From the NCBI GenBank assembly GCA_963716725.1, contig CAVQUB010000021.1, positions 96,001 through 160,000 of the forward strand: 64,000 nucleotides of DNA. Direction: 5' to 3'. The notes under the pieces are model-generated. The model searched no databases, was not told the origin of the DNA, and saw only the letters and a list, made by a program, of their open reading frames with translations. This document shows, piece after piece, positions 57,001 through 64,000 of the stretch. Source of the DNA: an uncultured delta proteobacterium. GTDB taxonomy: Bacteria > Myxococcota_A > Polyangia > Polyangiales > Polyangiaceae. The position numbers were made by a program, and so were the translations under genes. Position 1 is the stretch's first letter, and every line of letters starts with the position of its first letter.

Positions 57001-58741
57001 TGTAGACCACGACTCCGCGACGCGCCGGATCGAGCTGGCTTGCCGCCAGCGTGAGCATGCCGCCGAGATCGGTGGCTCCGCCGCGAGACAGGCTGGCGAG
57101 CGCCGCGGAGTAGCGCTGACGCACGGCCGTGTCGATCTTCGCGAGCCCGGTCAGGTCCGGAAGCAGCGGCCGAAGCGATTCGGCGCCGGCCCACACCACG
57201 GCCCGGTCCTCGTCGCCCAGGTGACTGAGCAATCCCATGGCCGCCGCCCGCGCGAGGGCCATGCTCGACGCATCGTTGGCCGCCGACGCATCGACGACAA
57301 TGGCGAGATCGAGTCCGCCGGCTTGCACCGGCAGATCCGTCGCGCGCAAGGGGACGAGCACGTAGCCCACCTCGCCGATCGCGGTCTTGTTGGCTTCGGT
57401 GCGTGCGTCCGGCGCGAGCACTTCGAGATCCGGAGAGTGCTTGGCGTGATATGCGCCCGCAGCGCTCACTCCGTCGTCGAACAGCTCAACGGAAAGATCC
57501 GCGCGCGGAACGTAGTCTTGCGCGCGCACTATCACTTCGGTGCCCTGGCGTGTGCCGGCCATGCCGACCCGAACGTCCTTCGCTCGCGCCTTCGCGAGCT
57601 CCACCTTGATGGTCAGTTCTTCGATCACGGGCAGCGAAGCGTCAGTGCCCTCCGCTGCCATCGGATACACGTAGTGGCGCCGCTCCCCTCGCTTCCCGTT
57701 GCGCGGCAACCACTCGGTGTAGCGCACGACCACGCGCCGCGACTCGCCGGGGCCAATCGGGTACAGCCGCGCGCGATAAGCCCCGGGACCTTCCCACTCG
57801 AGCAAGGCGGGATCTTCGGTCGATCCGGCGTAGACGTTGGACTGATACTGCGCGGCCGCCGCTGCGCTCTCCTTGACTCGGCCCCACACCACCTCGCCGT
57901 CGCGATCGACACCAAAGCGATGGATAGAAGCGCCCTCGGGCGATCGGAAGCGGTAGATGCCTTCCACCGTGGCCGAGGTCGGGTTGAAGAAGCGTTGGTC
58001 CACCTCCGTCACCGCAAAGTCGCCGTCCACGCTGACCCGCACGTCGAGGCGCTGGATGGCGAGCGGAAAGCGCGGCGAGCCGACGTTGCCCGGCGGACGT
58101 GCGCCCACGGTGCCCACTCCGAAGGGGGCAGGAGTCGCCACTGGATCGGTGGTCGCGAGCCCGCCGGTCCAGTCCTCCCAGACCTTCACGGCCTCGAGGG
58201 TGGGAGCGCCGTCTCGCTTCGCGAGCAGTCGTTCCCCGGCACGCGCGCGCACGGTGTCACCGAGACGCACCTCTCCGTCGAGCACATAGGCCTCGGTGGT
58301 GCCGTCCGCGGACACGTCGAGGCTGGCGCGGACCTTGGCGAGCTGCAGCTTGCCGCTCGGCACCTCGATCTCCGTCGCGCGGCTCACGGGCGAGTCGACG
58401 AAGATCCGTCCGGACTCGAGCTTCACGCCGTCTGCGTAGACCACCAGCTCGGCCGGCCCGCGCACCAGGAGGGTGGCCCCGGCGTCCCGTCGCAGCCAGG
58501 CCAATCCTCCCGGTTGCACCTTCACCCGGGATCCATCGACAAGGCGCTCCCGTGGATAGGGATCGCGCTCTTTCTCGTCGGGCAGCGTGACGAGCACCGC
58601 GCGCCGAACGGTGCGGAGCTCGGCCCAAGTTTGGCTGCGCGGCGCCAGCGGACGTTCGCGGCCGCCGCAGGCAAAGGTGGTGACCACCAGCAGGAAGAAA
58701 CCAAACCAGACGCCTAGACGCCTGGCGATGTGTGGACGCAT
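54005..58741 (-). CDS. Lipoprotein: FecR-like + VIT + vWA + AgmX/PglI(GltG)-like TonB_C + TPR (about 1580 aa)
   Basis: TTFAC lipobox; VIT (AVTEVDQRFFNP..EGIYRF..DPALLEW..LYPI); vWA (IVVDAS, GGATDL, IGDG); IVRQNFGRFRLCYEQGL..FPQPEGGIVTVSYP; TPRs. Start 58741 or 58759. Confidence 0.9.
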   Translation of the reverse strand: MRPHIARRLGVWFGFFLLVVTTFACGGRERPLAPRSQTWAELRTVRRAVLVTLPDEKERDPYPRERLVDGSRVKVQPGGLAWLRRDAGATLLVRGPAELVVYADGVKLESGRIFVDSPVSRATEIEVPSGKLQLAKVRASLDVSADGTTEAYVLDGEVRLGDTVRARAGERLLAKRDGAPTLEAVKVWEDWTGGLATTDPVATPAPFGVGTVGARPPGNVGSPRFPLAIQRLDVRVSVDGDFAVTEVDQRFFNPTSATVEGIYRFRSPEGASIHRFGVDRDGEVVWGRVKESAAAAAQYQSNVYAGSTEDPALLEWEGPGAYRARLYPIGPGESRRVVVRYTEWLPRNGKRGERRHYVYPMAAEGTDASLPVIEELTIKVELAKARAKDVRVGMAGTRQGTEVIVRAQDYVPRADLSVELFDDGVSAAGAYHAKHSPDLEVLAPDARTEANKTAIGEVGYVLVPLRATDLPVQAGGLDLAIVVDASAANDASSMALARAAAMGLLSHLGDEDRAVVWAGAESLRPLLPDLTGLAKIDTAVRQRYSAALASLSRGGATDLGGMLTLAASQLDPARRGVVVYIGDGLPTVGEITLKDLEQKMSKLPRPPRVFSLGVGRDVDMALLAGLASGGFASRLDDAASAARAGLAVLERAERPAWLGTEISLGESVERIYPRGSGALVADETVIVVGRTAGATPRKITVTTREGKKELPLDPRALDDQGDLRRRWAEARLGELLRERAGRAAMVDVGSRFGIITPVTSYYVPTARELAEERRKRMTEEDLEREREREEVAEETAKSDNKEGGTGTRAKGEEGSMGRPASASAKRYGVEGPRDNADPHIARQQALKDSSEFGMIGLLNTGAGGDPSAPTAPWGRDDSLAASPPAAPAPEAAATAAAPVAKAERAPAAGEDKPSEAPETKSAKGNTWGDQIGDASGAGGLGLSGIGEGGGGRGEGIGLGSIGTIGKGAGTGSGQGFGSGHGRLGGAHATSVPSVRMGATQVTGKLPPEVVQRIVRQNFGRFRLCYEQGLQRNPNLEGRVAVRFVINAQGEVANARNGDSDVPDSGVVACVVAAFTGLSFPQPEGGIVTVSYPIMFSPGGGGGTKPEKIDAPFVVVGLDVIPRFVIRCSAAADLPLSDRVTLWRERLSKMAGSPGGVLGVYQTALRGCEAPSWTERRRLLSLMLDALGSVQMRVGLWKLMQNDATAADSLYRGIVARIKTAQQMRELHAALGLKSMDPGMLEKLLSETKDPSLRAAKLRVLVREWPDDFPLALRLLDALEDAGDFSGAADFAERLRARPDADAHVRTSIGELYLRIAASMKEPKGKAENEGLARRAFGEIVEFAPDDPVARRRLGDLLRAHGWFADARRQYETLATITPDDSSVALLLAAAAEGEGQVEAAVRWTEKGHGAGAPDVDSGPAATSRAFAATFLAWGRLAAREGKREQEAEDLAARAERVLASEGAKTGRGARVTLTWSHPELHPVLYTNALGAAMPASEGDVTLGIAQARMPSKGARWVEIRIEKGDVEAAARLGAELTLTVVFDELGKSEKIIKLPVRFERGGPPTIRFNLGTGEVTRG

Positions 58742-58934
58742 GCTGCGTTGCCAGACCATATCGCGCCTCCGATGTTCCCCGGGGGGGCGACTATACGCCC
58801 GGGGATGGGGAAGCCGACGCCGCATTCGATCAATCTGCCGTGGCTTGCCCCATCCATTCTCAGGGCTCTGACCCGCTGGCCCGCGATTGATTGGCTCTTC
58901 GCTGGGTCCTGGGACAATTCGGCCCGGCTGCCGC

Positions 58935-60284
58935 CTACTCCTTCGGCGGCCGCACGCCGTACTTCGTCGTCATCGGCGGCTGATCGGGCGGCGCTTCGAC
59001 GGCGTACTCGGCCACCGACGGTGGTTCGTCCCCTTGGGGCGGCGGCTCGGGCGGCGGTTCGACAGCGTATTCCTCGACGGACGGAGGCTCGCCGGGGAAG
59101 GGATCCGCGGTCGGCGCCGCGGGGGGCGGGCCCTGAGGCTTGTCGCCCGCGCAACCGATGCCAAAGGCGGCTAGCAACGCCGCCGGCGCCAGCGCGAGGG
59201 GCGCGTACCGACGCTTGCTCTTCACGAGTGATCGCGCGTCGAGGGTCGCGACGCGGTGATAGCAGAAGGGGTTCTCACTGCCACCTTCGCAGGTGCGCAT
59301 ACTGAAGCAGCCGCCTCGGCAGATGTCTGCGTGCTCGCAGGTCCGACAGAAGCCCGTGAGGCTGTCCGTGGAGAAGCTCCGGTTGTACGAGAACGCACCT
59401 TCGCGGTGCCAGATGTCGGCGAGCGCGTGCTCCGCCAGGCTGCCTTCGGTCTCCTGGGTCGCTTGGAGTGAGAGGCAACCCTTGACGCTGCCGTCGGACT
59501 GGATGCCGAGGTGACGGCATCCCGCGAAGCAGCCGACCCAGCACTCGACCGGCGTCGACCGATGGCGGCGCAGCGTGGACTCGTATTTGCCGTAGTAGCC
59601 GATGTTGTTGGCGATACGAATGTTGATCGGCGAGCGTTCGACCAAGCTGGCGAGGGCCGGGATCAGCTGGAGCAAGTCCTTGGGGTCGAGCTGTTCGGAG
59701 CGGTGCTCGAGCAGGTTGCCCATGGCCGCGCCGAGCTGCAGCTGCCAGACGTACACCTTGCCGGCCAAGAGCTCTTCGATGGCGTCGAGCTCCCGCACGT
59801 TGCGCTTCTGCAGAGTCGTGACCACGCCGACGGGCGGACCGGCAGCGTGACAAGCTTCGATCAGCGCCATCACCCGCTTGAACGAGCCTGGCAGGCCGCG
59901 GTGTCGATCGTGGGTGGCTTCGAGACCGTCGAGGCTCGCCGCGATACTGACCAGCCCCGCCTCTTTGGCACGGCGCGGCAGCTCTTTGTCGGCACGGGCG
60001 GCGTTGGTGATCATGTTCACGGCGATGCCGCGTCCGGCAGCTTCAGCTCCCACGGCCTCCCAGTGCTTGGACAGCGTGGGCTCGCCGCCCGAGAGCGTGA
60101 GGGTGCGACAGCCGAGATCTGCGAGCTCGTTCGCGATCTCGAGCAATCGCGGCCGACCGAGCTCGTCCGGCCGCGGGTTGCCCGCCCGCGATCCGCAGTG
60201 ACCGCAGCGCAGGTTGCAGGCCAGCGTCAGCTCCCAAGTGCAGCTCTTCGGCACGTACCCCAGGCCGTCCACGATCTCGCGCAT
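58935..60284 (-). CDS. Radical SAM/SPASM peptide maturase (splicease-like) with fused C-terminal lipoprotein-like Tyr-repeat tail
   Basis: WELTLACNLRCGHCGSRAG, SGGEP; SPASM GCFAG..GIQSDGSVKGC..CRTC..CRGGC..NPFC; about 95-aa tail. Confidence 0.9.
   Translation of the reverse strand: MREIVDGLGYVPKSCTWELTLACNLRCGHCGSRAGNPRPDELGRPRLLEIANELADLGCRTLTLSGGEPTLSKHWEAVGAEAAGRGIAVNMITNAARADKELPRRAKEAGLVSIAASLDGLEATHDRHRGLPGSFKRVMALIEACHAAGPPVGVVTTLQKRNVRELDAIEELLAGKVYVWQLQLGAAMGNLLEHRSEQLDPKDLLQLIPALASLVERSPINIRIANNIGYYGKYESTLRRHRSTPVECWVGCFAGCRHLGIQSDGSVKGCLSLQATQETEGSLAEHALADIWHREGAFSYNRSFSTDSLTGFCRTCEHADICRGGCFSMRTCEGGSENPFCYHRVATLDARSLVKSKRRYAPLALAPAALLAAFGIGCAGDKPQGPPPAAPTADPFPGEPPSVEEYAVEPPPEPPPQGDEPPSVAEYAVEAPPDQPPMTTKYGVRPPKE
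58941..59090 (-). repeat. Three imperfect peptide repeats EPPSVEEYAVEPP / EPPSVAEYAVEAPP / QPPMTTKYGVRPP
   Basis: Seen in the translation of 58935..60284. Confidence 0.85.
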
Positions 60285-60360
60285 CTCGTCGCCTCCTCGG
60301 CCTCGAGGCTAACGCCTTCCCGCGAGGCCCGAGCTGACCGAGGTCATGTCGACCGTCGGC

Positions 60361-61173
60361 TCAACGCCGCGGCTCGGCGCGCTTTCCGAGCACCTTCGCC
60401 ACGCCCATCGCCCGAAGCATTGGTCCCTCGAGACTCGGAATCAGCTGGCGCAGCGCCAAGAGTGGGCGCACGGGTCCCGCCGTCACGAGCACCTCACCCT
60501 TGCCCCGGATCACCTCGATCACCGCTTGGGCGACGGCATCCGGCGATACCTCTCGGAAGGCTGCCGGCGCCCGGAGCCCCGTGTCCGCCCACATGCCCGC
60601 ACCCGAGACGAAGCCGGGGCACACGACTCCGACATGAACCCCCGTCCCGTGCAACTCCACTTCGAGCGACGAGCTGAGACCCACGAGGCCGTGTTTGGTC
60701 GCGGCATAGACCGAGTTGTAAGGAGTCGCAGACTTGCCGGACATCGACGAGACGTTTACGATCACGCCGCTTCCACGGGCGATCATCGCCGGAAGCGACG
60801 CCCGCGTCAGCTCGATGGGCGCCACCAGGTTGATCTCGATCTGCGCGCGCACCTCGTCCTCGCTTTGATCGACCAACAGCTGGGTGACCTCGATCCCGGC
60901 GTTGTTGACCAGGATGTCGATGGCGGCCGCCTCCTTCGAGAGTCGTGCTCGATCCTCGGCCCGCGCGACGTCGGCCGAGACCACCTCGACCCGGACGCCC
61001 AGCGCGCGACACTTCTCGGCGACCTGATCGAGCTTCTCCCGGTCACGCGCCGCGAGCACGAGCGCGATGCCTTCGCGCGCCAGCCGCTCGGCAATGTGCA
61101 GGCCGAGCCCCCGTGACGCGCCTGTGACCAGCGCGCGCTGGCCTCTGAGATCCGCGGACATGCTCCGCCGCAT
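60361..61173 (-). CDS. Short-chain dehydrogenase/reductase (SDR)
   Basis: TGASRGLG, NNAG, SS and YAATK motifs; start 61173 or 61161. Confidence 0.95.
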   Translation of the reverse strand: MRRSMSADLRGQRALVTGASRGLGLHIAERLAREGIALVLAARDREKLDQVAEKCRALGVRVEVVSADVARAEDRARLSKEAAAIDILVNNAGIEVTQLLVDQSEDEVRAQIEINLVAPIELTRASLPAMIARGSGVIVNVSSMSGKSATPYNSVYAATKHGLVGLSSSLEVELHGTGVHVGVVCPGFVSGAGMWADTGLRAPAAFREVSPDAVAQAVIEVIRGKGEVLVTAGPVRPLLALRQLIPSLEGPMLRAMGVAKVLGKRAEPRR

Positions 61174-61248
61174 GCCACGGGACCAAAGTGCGCGAAAGCC
61201 TCGTCGCCCGTATTTCGGTATAGTCCTCGATCGGGGGGCAAGCGCCTC

Positions 61249-63456
61249 ATGCAGGACACCACTCGCCTCGTTCTATCGGTTTCGGCGGCGCTGACCAGCG
61301 CCGAAGAGCGGGACGTCGACCGGTCCATCGAGCTGGCGCTGCGGCAGAGCGCCGAGCTCACCGGTGCCGACCGCACCTACGTCTTCCTGCTCTCGGACTC
61401 GGGCACGCAGATCAGCAATACCCACGAGTGGTGCACGCCGGGCATCGAGCCGGCGCGCGACCAACTGCAGCGCTTGCCGCTCGACGCATTTCCCCTTGCG
61501 TTCCGCGAGTTGCTCGCCGATCGCGATCTGGTCGTGCCCAAGGTGCTCGAAGCCCCGCCGGGACCCGATCGGGAGGAGTGGATCCGAGAGGGCATCCGAT
61601 CGCTCTATTGCACCCCCCTGCGCATCCACGACCAGACCGTCGGGTTTCTCGGCTGCGACTGGGTTCATCGCGAGCAAGCCCTCGACGACCCCACTCGAGA
61701 GCTGATCCGACTCACGACGCTGTTGGTCGCCACCGCTGTGACGCGGCGGCGAGCGATGCGCCGACTCGAATACAAGAACGACTTCGAGGCGCTCGTGCTG
61801 CGGATCGCCTCGGAGTTCATCAACCTGCGTGGTGAGCCGATCCGCGCGGCGGTCCACGAGGCTGTCGCCGACATCGCGAAGTTCGGCGAGTTCGAAGGCG
61901 CGTACCTGTTTCGCTTCCGGGACGATGGACGAGCGCTGCCGGAGTACCTGTGGCGGTCGCCGCCCATCTCGATGCCGGGTCCAGAGCTGGTGAACCAGCC
62001 CGATCCAGGGCGATTTCGCTGGTGGCGCGACCGCATGCGCGCTGGTCGGACCCTCACGCTCAGGAGCCTCGCCGACATCCCTCCCGAGCAGGTCGAGATC
62101 CGGAAGGTCCTCGCCGAACACGGCGTCGCGGCGGCCATCGACCTTCCGATCAGAATCGGTGGAGAAGTCTGGGGGTTCGTCGGATTCGTCTCCGCTCGCA
62201 GCCCGCGGCGATTCGACGCCGACGAGGTCCAGTTGCTCGAGCTGGCCGCCCAGACCCTGGCCGGAGGCATCGGCCGCGCTGAGGCCAATCGCGCCGAGAG
62301 CGAGCTCGCGGCGCAGCTGCTGCAGACGCAGAAGATGGACGCCGTCGGGCACCTGGCCGGAGGTGTCGCGCACGACTTCAACAACCTGCTCGTGGTCATC
62401 ACGCTTTCGCTGCACGCCGCCCGCCGTTCTCTCGGAATGAACCAGGGACAGACCGAGCAGGCGTTGGACGAGATCCAGAAGGCAGCGACCCGGGCGACCA
62501 AGCTCACCAAGCAGCTGCTCACGCTCGTTCGTCAGGCTCCGACCAGCGTGACCGTCCTTGATCTCAACGCCACGGTCGAGGAAGTGCTCTCGCTCGTCCG
62601 CCGGGTCCTGCCCAAGTCGGTCAGCGTGCGCTTCGCACCCGCAGCGCAATCGTTGCCCGTCAAGGCCGACGCGACCGAGATCGAACTCTGCCTCCTGAAC
62701 CTGTGCATGAACGCGCGCGATGCGATGCCGGAGGGCGGCGAGATCACGCTGAGCACCCGTCGGGTGGTCTTGACGCCGGAGGCCGGGCTTCCGCCTTGGT
62801 CCCGGCCTGGGCCTCACGTCTTGCTGGAGGTCAATGACACCGGCCACGGCATGGACGGCGAGACGGTTCGACGCTCCTTCGACCCATTCTTCACCACCAA
62901 GGAGCCGGACAAAGGCACCGGGTTGGGGCTGGCGGCGGTCTGGAACATCGTGAAAGGACATGGCGGCGTCGTGCGCGTCGAGAGCGAGCCGGGCGCCGGC
63001 AGCACCTTCTTGATCTACCTGCCCGAGGTCACCTCCGCCGCCGACGCCCTCCCTCCGAGCTCACCGGACGCTTCCCCGGGCGGGCACGAGACGGTGCTGC
63101 TCGCGGAGGACGACGAGATGGTGCGGCACAACGTCTCCGGCGTACTGCGCGGGGCGGGCTACCGGGTGCTCGAAGCGAAGGACGGTCAAGACGCCGTTGG
63201 TCTGCACTCCCGCAACGTGGGCAGCATCGATCTGATCGTGGTCGATGCGGTGATGCCGAGGAAGAGCGGCCTGCAAGTGTATCGCGAGATCTCCGCGCGC
63301 GACGCGAGAGTTCGAGTCTTGTTCACCAGCGGCTACAGCCGCGACGTATTCCCCGAAGAGTTCTTCGCCTCCGGCAAGCACGATCTGATCGCCAAGCCGT
63401 ACTCACCCGAGGCGTTGCTCGCCGCCGTTCGCGCTGCGCTGACACGCGCGGGTTGA
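61249..63456 (+). CDS. Hybrid sensor histidine kinase (GAF-GAF-HisKA-HATPase-REC)
   Basis: Two GAF-like domains; AHDFNNLL, NLCMNARDAM, DTGHGM, FTTK..GTGLGL; REC LAEDD..D..KP. Confidence 0.95.
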   Translation: MQDTTRLVLSVSAALTSAEERDVDRSIELALRQSAELTGADRTYVFLLSDSGTQISNTHEWCTPGIEPARDQLQRLPLDAFPLAFRELLADRDLVVPKVLEAPPGPDREEWIREGIRSLYCTPLRIHDQTVGFLGCDWVHREQALDDPTRELIRLTTLLVATAVTRRRAMRRLEYKNDFEALVLRIASEFINLRGEPIRAAVHEAVADIAKFGEFEGAYLFRFRDDGRALPEYLWRSPPISMPGPELVNQPDPGRFRWWRDRMRAGRTLTLRSLADIPPEQVEIRKVLAEHGVAAAIDLPIRIGGEVWGFVGFVSARSPRRFDADEVQLLELAAQTLAGGIGRAEANRAESELAAQLLQTQKMDAVGHLAGGVAHDFNNLLVVITLSLHAARRSLGMNQGQTEQALDEIQKAATRATKLTKQLLTLVRQAPTSVTVLDLNATVEEVLSLVRRVLPKSVSVRFAPAAQSLPVKADATEIELCLLNLCMNARDAMPEGGEITLSTRRVVLTPEAGLPPWSRPGPHVLLEVNDTGHGMDGETVRRSFDPFFTTKEPDKGTGLGLAAVWNIVKGHGGVVRVESEPGAGSTFLIYLPEVTSAADALPPSSPDASPGGHETVLLAEDDEMVRHNVSGVLRGAGYRVLEAKDGQDAVGLHSRNVGSIDLIVVDAVMPRKSGLQVYREISARDARVRVLFTSGYSRDVFPEEFFASGKHDLIAKPYSPEALLAAVRAALTRAG

Positions 63457-63680
63457 TGCGCGCGCCAGCAGACGCCAAGACCACGCTGCTTTACATGGCG
63501 AGTGGAGCTCCGTCCAACACCGCGACGGTGACGGACTCGACCGGCGAAGGCGGTTTCATCAACGTGAAGCCGGGCCCGGCGGCGCTCACCGGCTCCGTCG
63601 GTGGCAAGCCCTTCGGCACGGTGAAGGTCCTGGCGAGAGCCGGGTTTCTTTCACAATCGAACCTCGTGCCGACACCCTGA
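63456..63680 (+). pseudogene. Short ORF resembling a detached C-terminal fragment of a secreted protein
   Basis: YMASGAPSNTATVTDSTGEGGFINVKPG is protein-like, but there is no signal peptide or RBS and it abuts the kinase stop. Confidence 0.4.
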
Positions 63681-63748
63681 GCGCACCGGCCTGTTTTCAG
63701 TCGCCGTCGGCTTGATCTAGGCTGCGCCCGCCAACGACCGGAGGCCTC

Positions 63749-64000
63749 ATGCGCAGCTCGATCCTACTCATCCCGCTCCTGATTGCGTCCTGCTCGGGCC
63801 CCGCCGCGACCGGCGGCACGCCGCCGAGCACGAGCCCCGCGCCGACGGCGCGCGATCCGAAGCTGCCTGCCTGGAAGCTCGGTCACTTCTCGACGCCCGA
63901 CGGCATGGTCGGCGTGGTCATTGATCGAACCGGCGACGCCTTCAAGGTCCGGATGGACAAGTCGGAGGAGATCGTCGAGCTCTTCGAGGAGCCCCAGAAG
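63749..64000 (+). CDS. Lipoprotein, 3' partial at the right edge
   Basis: GGAGG RBS; MRSSILLIPLLIASC-SG lipobox; open to the window end. Confidence 0.8.
   Translation, partial: MRSSILLIPLLIASCSGPAATGGTPPSTSPAPTARDPKLPAWKLGHFSTPDGMVGVVIDRTGDAFKVRMDKSEEIVELFEEPQK

Overview
High-GC, gene-dense chromosomal DNA. Gene content points to a myxobacterium (Myxococcota, probably Polyangia-like): two Hanks-type Ser/Thr kinases, FHA, GYF and zinc-ribbon proteins, two sigma54 activators, AgmX/PglI (GltJ/GltG-like) C-terminal domains and many Cys/Gly-rich lipoproteins. The taxonomy is inferred. About 48 CDS are supported. Recognisable housekeeping genes are ruvA, a MutT-type Nudix hydrolase, comF, a DsbD-like protein, ttcA, recD2, an M1 aminopeptidase, an enoyl-CoA hydratase and an SDR. 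No rRNA, tRNA, CRISPR array or mobile element was seen. Highlights: (1) a radical SAM/SPASM enzyme resembling tyramine-excising spliceases, fused in frame to a lipoprotein-like tail with three Pro-flanked Y(A/G)V repeats, which may be its own substrate; (2) directly downstream, a tandem pair of giant FecR-VIT-vWA-TonB_C-TPR proteins, one carrying what looks like a GltG/PglI periplasmic segment; (3) a kinase / FHA-sigma54 activator / sigma54 promoter / PilZ cassette with visible enhancer-like repeats. Two genes each carry two frameshifts, three of the four in G/C runs, which are probably assembly errors. All domain calls come from motif recognition by eye, not database searches.
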